DNA of 64,000 nucleotides from Eledone cirrhosa (lineage: Eukaryota): assembly GCA_964016885.1 (NCBI GenBank), contig OZ024749.1:49290001-49354000 (forward strand). Direction: 5' to 3'. This document shows, in pieces, positions 51,510 through 64,000 of the stretch (position 1 is the first letter of the stretch; each line of letters starts with the position of its first letter). The notes beneath the pieces are model-generated. The model saw only the letters and a program-made list of their open reading frames with translations, did not search any database and was not told the origin of the DNA. The translations under genes and the position numbers were made by a program.

Positions 51510-53742
51510 CTAAAACCAATAAGATATCTATTAACTCTATGTGCTTCACCGCTTCAGATTTAAAAAAAAAGAGTACATTTTCCAAACTCGCCAAAAAAGT
51601 TATTTGTGCCTAACATTGTGCCCTAAAATTTAAGAAGAAATATTTTTGATCTTCTTCATATAGGGTTAAATCTGCAATCTGAGGAAATGAGAGCTGTATG
51701 CGTCGCTGATAATTCCCCAATGGAAAAATTAAAAAACCTTCAACACTTTTGTCTGATTGTAAGGTCCTGTCTTTCACATATGTCTGATGAGAAGGAATAT
51801 AGTTTTGTAGGTTAATTCAATGTCATTTTCTCTTTTTTGCATACAACCCTTTATATCCTATCCTTTTCTTTGCCATTGAATGTATTCGAACTGCTATTCA
51901 ACTTGTGTATTTTGATTAGTTTACGTAATATTTTCTGCATATTCTGCAAACTATTTAACACCAAAACGATAGTTGTTGAATAGCTGCAATTGTAATATAT
52001 TATTCATGAGTATTTAATAATAGCCATACTCAATCCCATCGACCTTAGAAACTTTTAAATAAGAGAAACCACACCATATGCTCGAAAATACGTATTTTGA
52101 TTCTCTTACGTCTTCATATTATAAAGTCTTATTTCACCTGTCATTTCTACCTGCCAAATACTGAAGGATATCGAAATTATTGTTAAATTATTTAAAATTC
52201 TGACAGCTCTATATATCCATAATCTGCAAATGCAAAACAAAAATAGCAACAGCATAAAAAAAAACCCACAAAACAAAGGGAAGCATGACGTTACTTCTAT
52301 TCATGTTGTTCATACATTTAATCTAGCGAGTTGACTCATATTTCTCTTCTATCAATATTATAAAAGTATGAATGGATAAGGAAAAATGAAATTCGTATCA
52401 CTCAAGAAATATATCAGCAAAAACAGAAAATAATTCATAATTAAACAGATACGCTCAAAATATATGAATAACAAATGGATGACAAAAGCTTACGAAGGAA
52501 AATAATACAAATATATTATCAACTTCTAAAACTGCGCACAAAGATACATCCTACAGTCATATTCAATAATATTATATTTGCCAATGGCACATTTTAAATA
52601 TATAGATTTAAATCGTATTTGAAGAATACTTTCTTCATTGTTTAAGACTGTTCAGACCGCTGCCTATTTTCGCTAAACATAAATCATTTTTAGTGACAGA
52701 TATCTGCATGTGTGCTAAAAGAAGTTTCTAAAATATTTGAGTGTGTTTTTTAATAGAAAGAAACACATTTACAAATTCACAAAAACAGTGGTATTTGAAT
52801 GGAAACGTGAGGGAAATAATTCCTTTAACTTCGATTTCTTTTCTAAAACACCATGTTCATTTTCTTCTACATCAATTTAAAAAGGATCGAATCAAATTTG
52901 GTATATTATTGGCATTAATTCTATATAAATTCGATGCCTCAGATTCATCATATTAAAGGTATTTATTTCATCGAACACCTGATACGGACTCAAAATCATT
53001 TTGGATTATAGCTCGTTTTAAATAAATGTGATTTTGTGTTCGACCGCACTGCACGGCAGATGGGCAAGTCTTTCAAATATAACCCTGGGTTAACCATAGA
53101 TTTATGAAAACAATGTTGTTTATTGAACATCCAGGGAATGTTCTTAGATGGACAGTTTTATTCTCTTGTTTCGAATGCAAAAACCATGAACATTTTTTAA
53201 TAACTACATGTGATGCCAGGGCAAACTTTGGCTGAGGAATATTTTGCAAGTATTTCTACTAGGTCACGGTTACCGGTGCACTTTACACACGCACACATAG
53301 ACGCACACGCACACACACACGCGCACGCGCACACGCACACACACGCGCACATACATACACACATACACACGCACGCACACTCACGCACACACACACACAC
53401 CAATTTCTGTGGCACTGAATTTGCATATTGACATTGTTCTACACTAGCAATTGTACCTTAAAATAAAGAGACTTAAGTATCTCAACCTTGGAAAACACAA
53501 GGTATAATGCGACTTATTTAGGGTATTTCTAATGGAAAATCTCTTATGTATTGATATATATATTTGTTAAGCCTAAATAATGAGTCTTGTTACTCTGGAG
53601 TTTTGATTGCTTATCACAGAACCATCTGATTATGCTTTTATATACAGGCGAAACTCCAGAGTAACACGACTCAATATTTAACCTTAATAAAACGAATATT
53701 AAAACTATTACAGTACTCTCTTCTCTCAACCGTAAACACATC

Positions 53743-53786
<44 letters not shown>

Positions 53787-53844
53787 TAGGAGAAAGTATG
53801 ACCCCGACGGCAGAGCTCAAGCCGTTTCGACGGCTATTTCTGGA
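53787..53844 (-). mobile_element. Family A single short arm
   Basis: TAGG...GACCCCGACGGCAGAGCTCAAGCCGTTTCGACGGCTATTTCTGGA in TA-rich DNA. Confidence 0.7.
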
Positions 53845-54736
53845 TACACGTATATATATATATGTATATGCATATATATATATTGAGAATTTAAGATGTA
53901 TTCATAACACTGAATGAGGAATATTTAAGAGGAATATTACAGTAATATTAGCAACTATTACTAGCAAGTCAAACTCGAAATAGATGGATGGTATTGAACG
54001 GGCTGCTTTATATAGAGGCAACTGTGTCGAGAACATATATATATTCTAATGATTCCTTCGTTTTCCCATGCAATATCGAATATCTAACTATCGGATGTTT
54101 CCCTTCTAACCATAGATAATTGGTAATCCTTTGGTACCAAAGTAGTAATGGCATGCTATCAGTTGTGTGGTGTTTTGTGAAAAGAAAATAATATATATTG
54201 CTTCATGTTTAGGAGAACACGTCATAATGCAGACAATAACGTCTACAAAAATCTATTAAAATGACCATGTTGAGACAAGCTGACTCCCTTCCGCTATAAA
54301 TAATTTGATGAAAGCAAAGCAGAACTATTAGCCAAAGCGAAATGAGAGATAAAGAATACAAAAAAAAATATAAACAAAACATACACACGACGACGAAAGA
54401 AAAAAATATATTTCTCGTTGTTGCTTTTCTCTATCAATCTTTGTGATCTTTGAAATTTGTTTTAGATCGAAGGAAACCATGGGTAGTGTGTCTTTTACAG
54501 ACCGCTGCACAAAGGATAATTGAAACAGATTGCTGGAGATGTATGATGCGGTAAAACTTTAGATTGTGCTCGAATGAAAATTCGAGAGCACTAGTTACGT
54601 GATTAGATTTTACGCATTAGCTTTACTTCGAGTTTCGTGAAAATATAATAAAATCGGTAATTATTGCTTCATGAAATCTTATGTAAATATGATTAATAAG
54701 TTAAAATGTATTAGTATTTCATATTCTTTGACTATG

Positions 54737-54768
<32 letters not shown>

Positions 54769-54933
54769 CTAGTTCAATAATAAATCAATTTCATGTCTCT
54801 TATGAATAGAAATGCAAACGTAGTTAGAATTGAAGAATTAAGAGTGTATATTTCATATACATCTAACATAATTATGTCTCCGAAAAATTACAACAGTTAT
54901 AGATTCTCAAATTCGTAGATGGTTCTTACATTA

Positions 54934-55007
<74 letters not shown>

Positions 55008-55493
55008 CCAACATTTATACATACTTTAGTTATATTCGTTTATATGATAGAGAATTTGTAACCACACAGATAACAATGAGGCATGCAGTTTTTCTCATTG
55101 TTGTTTGGGAATGGGGATTACAAATTATTCCTAGTAAGAGTGCATTGAATCCTGAAGATATTGAAAGATAGTGAGGAAAATATGTTCTTTATACATCAAT
55201 GCTGTCATACGATTATATTTTTTATATGCTTGAAATTATTAACGCTTCATATTAATCATCTATATGGATTACTAGACATATTGGAAAAATATATATATAT
55301 ATATATAAATTAGCGAGAATCGTATTTCGGCTATCCGAGATGTGCGGCAAGCGCTCAATAGATTCTAACGAAGCAGAGCTACAACATACGTTAAAAAGCC
55401 AAACACACTGAGACTATGCTTAACCCATTATCCGCACAGCCATAGAAACGACCAAGTAATTCGGGTCAAAAAAATAACAAAATATATGATTGA

Positions 55494-55541
55494 AAAATTA
55501 AATTATCATATATAAATATTTCTTATATATATATATATAAC

Positions 55542-55622
<81 letters not shown>

Positions 55623-55637
55623 TATTTATATATATAG

Positions 55638-55670
<33 letters not shown>

Positions 55671-55700
55671 AGAATTATTTATATATGGTAATTTAATTTT
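55494..55700. repeat. Palindrome centred on (TA)n
   Basis: AAAATTAAATTATCATATATAAATATTTCTTA..TAACTATATATATAAAT is mirrored by ATTTATATATATAGTTA..TAAGAATTATTTATATATGGTAATTTAATTTT. Confidence 0.8.
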
Positions 55701-57072
55701 AATGTTAAAGAAATTCATTGAAAATTCAAGGAAATTTAAGATATAAGAAACATAATTAAACATTTTAATTGAAAGCAGGATTGGATATTGTATTCCAGTA
55801 GAGCCACGTAGGCGTATCTCCTATCATCTAACTAAGTATAATGATATATATATATTGGTTCCTGATTTCAAATTAAAATCCCAATGTAATTTTCTTTCCT
55901 ATATTTATCATCACTCTTGAACAGTGAGATGTATTTGTATTTGAACTTGTCAAAATGTACGACAATGTATAGCGAGTATAATCAAGCTATAAATTGATTT
56001 GACGAAATTTCGTTTTGAAATTTGGTTTTAATGCAAGGATGAATGATTTCCACTAATCATATTCTAAAAGGCATATTTCAAACTATTGATTAGAATGGCA
56101 TGTTTCAAAGTATAGAATCACATGTGTGTCGAAATCGGTGTTAATTATCATAAAAAGCTTTGCACTTTCACCGAGCTATTAAACATGGATAATTCATAAA
56201 ACATTATAGTAGTACTTTTACAAAACAAAGGATAAGTGCAACGCAGTCTATGATTTTCACATATGGAAATTCAGTTAGACCTTGGATATGCAGGCGTAAA
56301 TTAACTAGTCTTCGTAGATGCTTTGTTTTCAACTGAACCTTTTGTGTTGAATAGGAGCTTCCTTTGTAGGTAATATAGAAGACGATCTATCTACCCGAGT
56401 AAATGATTTCTAAGAAATTGTGAGAAAATATAGTTGAATGGATTATTGGGAAGTGTTGATAGGGCTAGTCTATTTTTCAATGTAATGGGTTGAGGAATAA
56501 AATGGATGTTAGGAAAAATGATGATAAGATATGATTGTGTTCTATAGAGAATACCTGTAATAGACATAAGTTGCTCTCTGATAGATTGCTTGGGTTTCAT
56601 TTAGGTTAATTAGAAATGTGTGCCAAATATTGTATAGTGGATATTTTTACTTTTATCAGATCTCATACGTGACATTTGAAGATTCTAATAAACTTAGTTT
56701 TGTTCCATTAACTCTCTCTATAATTATGTGCCATTTACTAATGAATCTTACTGCATATACTGTTTAGTAGGTTAGTTGCTGTCAGTAATATTTGAGTAAC
56801 TCTTTCCAGTTTAGACATAGATCATCTTAATATTTTATAGACTTGCTCATATGTTACTAGTGTGAATTAATGCGAAACTCGAAATAATTTAGTGTGTATA
56901 TTTCTCATAAAAAGTCTATGCCCCTTAGATCCTAGTCACCGTTGCCGGTGTCATTGATTACTTCCGTAACAGATCAGATAGACTGACACACACATTAACC
57001 GTATAGATAGGCTACTCTGAATAATCCATGAAAATTCACTCACACACACATATGTATATATATAGAGAGAGA

Positions 57073-57321
57073 GAAATAAAAGATGAAATCGAAAATGCAA
57101 CTGGAGTCTTATTTAAAAAAATATATATATATTTATTTGGTTCCTTTACCGGTTTCGCAGTTCTTCTGCATTTCAAAAGTAGAGTTGAGATGGAGGGTCT
57201 GTGGTTTTTCTCACAAAAAATATGACTCCAGTTGCATTTTCGATTTCATCTTTTTTTTCTTTATACATTCACTCGTGTGGGACACCTCGGTTATTTTTCA
57301 TTTTGTAAAAAAGAACCTCAC

Positions 57322-57330
<9 letters not shown>
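57073..57330 (+). mobile_element. Family C asymmetric palindrome, second copy
   Basis: Short arm on the left, including the hammerhead motif on the minus strand at ~57144-57179 with an A9>U change. Tailed arm on the right, ending CTAATA at (TA)n. Confidence 0.78.
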
Positions 57331-57394
<64 letters not shown>

Positions 57395-57397
57395 CGT

Positions 57398-57478
<81 letters not shown>

Positions 57479-58641
57479 TTTGTGTTTCTCTGAATTTCTT
57501 TGCAAATCTGCTTTTGAATATTTCACGAGTTGAGAGCTTATGGATAATAATTCAATCTTTTAATTCCCCGCAACAACGTTTCATAGAAAAGTTAACTATT
57601 GGACTCCCCACTCCTCTGATGTCACGTGTTGCTGCTAGTTTCACACTAAATATTTTAGCAACTGAAATCTCGACTAGTACCCTTGAATTGTTATGGAATA
57701 TTTTAAGCAATATTGCTCAATGGAAGGTACAGCTGTAAATATCTGATCAATCCTTAATAACAAGATCTATTAATATCCCGGGATTTATTGCAGTTACCAT
57801 TACATCACGCCGTGGTTTCTAGTTTAATTAAAGTATATAGTGTGCAATCTGAGATATCTCTTTGTACAATCTAATGTTTAACACTGGTATAAAATTGAGT
57901 GAGTATTGGAGCGGCTATGGTTATTCGGATCGATATTCCGATAGGTTCTTTATCATATATATATATATATATATAAGACCTGACTGGATAATTTACATTA
58001 GAATATTAATTCTGCGAAAGCATTATACATACTCCGATGACCCAACTCTATTGGCTGATCATGATGCAAGGCTAGACGGTTTCATCGGGTGTTATTTGAA
58101 CACAAACAGTAAATAGAAATGTGAAAATAAAGGATCGATTCCAGGAGATTCAAGGACAACCTCCCCAATCGGTCCTCGTCTATTTAACATTCTCTGTTTA
58201 TTTTCAAACTAAACTTGTTATAGCATTCCACAAATAACTTAGAATTAAATCATCTTGTATTTCATCATGATCGGATGATAAGGCTTGGTTGTCGAAATAT
58301 GTATTTTTCTTTCGCGGAATTAAAATTCTGAATTAAACTTACAAGTCCGGCCTCCTGTTATTTGCAACATCGACTGGGTACCGTATCTACGATGGAAGGT
58401 TTGTATAACGTTGAATGCTTTAATTAATTTATTTCATCATCGTTTCCAAACACGAACAAACAGTTCTATCATTGATAAAAAGCCTGAAATAAATTGTGTA
58501 TATATATATATATATATGTATGAGTTCTTCCCATGTCAACAGCTAGTTCCAGTTTCTGGTAAGTAATGTTCTAATCAGTTTCTATATGAATCGATCCTGA
58601 TTTATATATATATATGGATATATACAGAGAGAGAGAGAGAT

Positions 58642-58675
<34 letters not shown>

Positions 58676-58677
58676 GG

Positions 58678-58713
<36 letters not shown>

Positions 58714-60039
58714 TGAACGAGTGAAATAGAGAGAGTGAGTGGAGGGGGGAAGGGGGAGGGGGCTGCCTGTGGAAATTGCTGGCAGTCTAAGAAAGAAGTA
58801 TTTCATACGGAATAAATCACTGCAAATCATTTTCAACAACCTGAAGTCATGGGAAGAGGAGCATATGGAGTGGTGAGATTTTTTGGCACCAATGCATTAT
58901 TTTCTTAGGATTTAAGATAGAAACAACGTTTTAAAAGTAGTTGATAAAAATGGAAATCACAATAAATGCGTAAGCCACTGAAATCTAAAATGATTAGTTA
59001 GCAGTCTCTTGTATTATCCTGTAAACAGGGTTGCATCTTATCTCAGTTGCATATTGCATCTAAAATGGAGTAAATAGTCTAGAAATATAATACTATGGGA
59101 TGGGTTAAGATGCAATGAAAAGATTGTTTTCAACCACGATTATTGTTTACAAACATGAACACCGATAAATCCATCACCTAAACAAGAACCATTCGTAGTA
59201 ACATAAATAGTTGTGCGGTTGAATATTGAGAATGGCGACGGCTTTATCGAAAACAGTAGGAACATCTTAGCAATGACAACGTCTGACCCCACCAAAGTCA
59301 GCCTATTCACTATTTTATATATAAATAATGAGCATATTCTTTCCACTTTCACTATACTGATTTTCGAAAGGGATTAAGTAACGTTATCCAATTGTTTGTA
59401 GCCAACTCATCAAACAATACAACGCACGTTTTGTGGGTGATTCACACTTTAATCTTTTAAATGTATCTTTTCCTGTGTTTTGATTTAATTTCATAGTATA
59501 ATTGGTTTATTTAGTATTTGTACATAGCATTTGCTGTTATACAAATGCGATTATTTTCAGCATACATCCCTTTATTTCTATTTTTAGAAATATCTATTGA
59601 AACTATTATGAAGATGAAATCTTCACTATAAAAGAGCTGCCAGTAAACCAATCCATTTCCAATTCTTGAAGGAATGTCTGGAAGGAAATGAATAAATTAT
59701 TCAGAGATAAAAAATAAAAAAAATAACTAATACGGATTGTTTAAATCGATAGAACGTGAGACAAAATATTTGCGGGAACTGTTCAGGCTGTTTCTATGAA
59801 TTGTTCAAATTCCGATCAGTTTAAATTTGGAATTCGTTTTCCCGGTGTAGATGAAATGAAACATCCATAAAGAATTGGATTGGAATATATTTTAAAAGAT
59901 ATATTTATTTATTGATGTCAAAAGGTGGATATATCTTTGCCAACTTTAATATTTAAGAAAGAAATTGTCTCATCTGATGAGTGTTAGAATTCTTTTTTTA
60001 CTACTAATGTTAGTGTAACTGCTGCTGCTACTAACGCTT

Positions 60040-60077
<38 letters not shown>

Positions 60078-60091
60078 GATGTGGGCTGCTG

Positions 60092-60126
<35 letters not shown>

Positions 60127-60147
60127 GATGTGGGCTGCTGCTACTAC

Positions 60148-60219
<72 letters not shown>
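60040..60219. repeat. (CTA)n array with a 49-bp internal duplication
   Basis: GATGTGGGCTGCTG occurs at 60078 and 60127. Confidence 0.9.
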
Positions 60220-60610
60220 AGGGTTAATCAAATAACTTACCAGTGAAGTATTGCTGACGAGATACATGAGAATCTTCACCGAAATTATCGGCCTTTTGAC
60301 TGATTCAGAAGCCCAGATTGTTTTAGATGTCACGCAATGATTATATTTGCATGCAACTGCTATTACATAAAACCATTTAAAATCTAAAATAATATTTTTC
60401 ACCTCATAAGAAACCATCATTGTTAGAGATAAAGAGTCAATTAATTTGTTTATGCATGTTATGATCAAGTAAATCGCAAGGTCAACGAAGTGGTATATAG
60501 CATGTTTTGTGCATCAGAAGCTTAGCCGTGCCGATCACTATTTAGGCTTCAACAAAGCAAATGTTCCTCCAGAGAATGATGGAAAAGGAGAGAAAACGAA
60601 TACATATATA

Positions 60611-60763
60611 GAGGAAGAATCGACCCCAGTATTAACTCGCTACATTGTATCGATATTGAAAGGCTGAAAAGCATGTTGACCTCGACATGAACTGAGAGTA
60701 GAAAATCGAAAAAATACCGGAAATCTGTATACAAAGTTCTAACAACTCTGCAAATCCACCGCC
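60611..60763 (-). mobile_element. Diverged SINE copy
   Basis: AATCGACCCCAGT...GTTGACCTCG...CTGCAAATCCACCGCC. Confidence 0.6.
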
Positions 60764-62710
60764 TTTATATATTTATATATATAAACGCTCTAAGATGCTA
60801 CAACTCTATGAATGTTACATACTATGTGAGTGTACTTATTTTTAAAAGAATAAAGTTAACCACGAGGTATGTCAATAAAGTGAGTTAATCGGTTACGAGA
60901 TAAATACGATTTTATTCTGAACTCTACATTAAGTTAAAGTTTTTGAAACATACTTCCCCTTCTGAAGAATACGGATAATAATCCTGTGATTCTCTTTAGC
61001 TTGTAGCTAAACGTAAAACAGATTTCCATTTTATATCTCTTTATTGCACATATAACTATATTGATTTTTATAAAAATCGATTGTAATGTAGGCTTAATCA
61101 ATCTAATGCCTCTGTACTCTAACCACATTGCCTTAACGTGTTTCAGCAATGATTGTGAGAATAATAAATATAAAATATAATAAAATGAGCAAAATATCAA
61201 AGGACATGATTAGCAATCAAGTACTGAATTATTTTTTACAGACAAAATCTAATCGCATAATCACAAAATCTTTGGATTTTAGTTCATAAAGAAATGTTTC
61301 CTTTAATCATTTCTAAGAGAAAATGAAAATGTTCATGACAATAAAATTGATCATTTACTAAAAGCATTTTTTTGGTTTTACTTTTTTGCAATAGGAAACT
61401 AGAAAAACCTCATTTTATTTCGGAAAACATTAACCACCGATATATTTATCTTTGAGAGTGCATTGTTATTTGAGTCATGAATCCAGAGATTGCATAACAA
61501 CAATTTAAACGTGGTTGTGCATCGTCCGGTGACCTTATAAATATGGCAGCCTAATCTCAGATATAGGAAAACATATAGGATTTAAAGTAGAGATCACAAA
61601 GCAGTTTGTTAACATCTACCGACCTACTTACCCCGCCCACTATATATATATATGTATATATATATATGCAAACACACACGCATGTAGAAAGATATATATA
61701 CATATATATATATAATATATAATATATGCAGCAAAACTTGCCTTCTATCCTTCGGGGGGCAATAAATATGCCAATTACTGATGTTTTGTCCTTTGTCCCT
61801 CTCACTCCATATCGTAATTTATTAGCACTATATAAACGAGAAACGCTGTTAATTAACAAGAGAATCGTTAAATATTATTCTAACCTTGGAAAATATATTT
61901 CGTAAGCTATAAAAGCAAAATTAACTTCGTAAATACCGATTTAACCTCTCAAATTATCATATTATTACACATTTAAATTACTGTAAACAGAGTAGCATTT
62001 CACTAAATTCTACACTACCCAAATTAATATTCATATACCAATTTATATGAAACATAACAAATCTTAATATGTTCATATCATGACCCTAGTTTATTTTCTG
62101 ATTGATTTCAAAGAAATATATACGTTTATTTATCTAAATATTTCGACAGTTTATTAACAGCTAATTTAGAAGTTATATTTCAATTCTAGGTATTAATATC
62201 CTATCTGTATCTGCATCCACTTATATCATATGGAGAGCGAATATTCAATATATAATTTGAGGCCTATATTTTGTTGTCTCCCTAAGGAGAATAACAGATT
62301 CAGACAATGTCATATTTATTGCAAACACCCAATACAGGCAACAGTGAACATTTCAAAATATATTATTTTTGCGTCAGTAATCCATAATATTGTGGAGATA
62401 AAGTAACAGGTATCAGTGAAAAAGACATGTTTAAGTTAATTAAGATGTACCTATTAGCAGCATGTACCTATCACCAGCATGGAAATTTAGTGAAACTGTT
62501 TTAATCAACGTGTGTAAACAGACCTATCACAAGTGCATAAATGTAGTCTAAAACTAAGTACTGGGAGAAGAATATCTCAGGATCATTTCAAAATATTGTA
62601 TGGGTGTCGTGAATAAATATGCCTCTGTTTTTACCCATTCGTTGGGTGATACTTTTTTTATTTTATTATTCTGTACTATCAATGGTATATATATATATAT
62701 ATATAGATAA

Positions 62711-62866
62711 TAATTGTTTCTACTTTTGGCACAATACCAGCAATTACCCAGCGCATTATTGGTACTTTATATTATCGACCTCGTAAGGATGAAAGGCAAA
62801 GTTAATCTCGGCGGGATTTGAACTCAGAATGGCAAGGGCCTTCCCTCTACCGATACTGCCAATCCA
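62711..62866 (-). mobile_element. SINE copy with an internal deletion
   Basis: Family core intact; roughly 30 bp missing between the B box and the A box. Confidence 0.85.
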
Positions 62867-62966
62867 TCTATAATAATAATAAGGAGTTGACGGATCCATC
62901 ATATTTATCAATGCCAGGAGCGGTATCTGAGCGTACTCCATGGCAATGTATGATACATTCCCAGAG

Positions 62967-63036
<70 letters not shown>

Positions 63037-63153
63037 CATGATTATTTAATTTATTAATTCTTCATTGAGCCACAAAGTGACCCGTTGCAAAACACATATA
63101 TATCTATGACTTTATATATATATATATATATGAAAACATTTATATGTAATAAT

Positions 63154-64000
63154 CTGCCCATGGGATCAAGCTTGTCGAGTGTGCTAGCGATCTCTTACAT
63201 GGACAACCTCGAGCGCAAGGCACTCAACGCCTGCCACCCCAACGCCGTCGCCCTTTTCTCAAGGTACGTGGACGATATCCTCATCCTCACATCTTCCCAA
63301 GACACGGCGAACTGAATCTATGAGACGTTCAACAACACGGAGGAGAACATTGACTTCAGTGTTGAACACCCCAAAAGAAGACAGGTCACTTGCCCTTCTC
63401 GACTTCCGAATCAACATCACGGAACAGGGAAGGATCCACTGCAACTTCTACCGAAAGACAGCCTGCAGGGACCTGTTCGTTCACTGCAAGTCCGCCCTCC
63501 CTAACAGTGCCAAAAGAGGATACATCACGAACGAGATCGCGCGAATCAAAAACAGATGCAGCGATCCCGCGAGTGGTGTCACTCATACCAAGCGATTCCT
63601 CGAGGTGCTGGTAACGGATGGGTACCCTACCTCGCTCACAGACAGAGTAGAAAACACCAGACACAAGAGACAGAGAGGCACCCAAGGCAAGTGCTTCCTT
63701 AAAATGCCACACCTGGGCGAGAATACCACCAACGCTATCCGCAAGGCTATACGGAGGGAAGGCCTCGACATCAACCTGGCCCACTTGGGCCCCTCCCTGC
63801 GAAGAGGCCTCTCCAGGAAACCCGGGAAATCAACTGACTTGTGCTCCCTCAGAGACTTGCCCGATACGCCATGCGAACTGTTGCCTACGCACATACGTCG
63901 TGTATAAGATAGAATGTGACAGGTGCAACCAATACTATATAGGTAGCACAAACCGACCTTTGCACATCCGGATCAAGGAACACACTAAAACCAGAGCCTC
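63154..64000 (+). pseudogene. Penelope-like element RT + GIY-YIG, 5'-truncated, runs off the window end (non-Naiad, possibly Nematis-like)
   Basis: LPMGSSLSSVLA, RYVDDI (YVDD at 63265-63276), stop at 63313, frameshifts at ~63373 and ~63855, SLALLDF, FYRK, GYP, then CPIRHANCCLRTYVVYKIECDRCNQYYIGSTNRPLHIRIKEH. Confidence 0.92.

Noticed and set aside
63313-63315. In-frame TGA as selenocysteine (some Naiads are reported to encode Sec)
   Set aside because: It is not at a recognisable conserved Cys, the element also has frameshifts, and no SECIS was seen. The two Naiad-type remnants show no TGA at Cys positions.

Overview
This is AT-rich, microsatellite-saturated eukaryotic DNA. The dominant tRNA-derived SINE resembles octopod cephalopod SINEs, so a mollusc/cephalopod origin is inferred. 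I found no supportable host gene, rRNA, tRNA gene or CRISPR, and almost all long ORFs are translations of (TA)n, (CA)n or (GA)n tracts. The real content is retroelements: (1) three 5'-truncated, decayed Penelope-like elements (PLEs), comprising two Naiad-type GIY-YIG elements (21.4-23.6 kb, absent from the ORF track, and 35.8-39.0 kb) and an RT+EN element of another clade at 63.15-64 kb; (2) an RTE LINE 3' end; (3) about 13 copies of one SINE, four of them stacked at one site. The most striking pattern is a set of about six unrelated sequence families in (TA)n tracts that form asymmetric fold-backs. One arm ends at a family-fixed nucleotide, the other carries an extra 55-150 nt tail, and the centres vary. 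The two Naiad insertions have the same architecture, and one is the parent of a mini-palindrome. Several arms carry hammerhead ribozyme cores, including a U3-A8 variant. Coordinates and alignments were read by eye.
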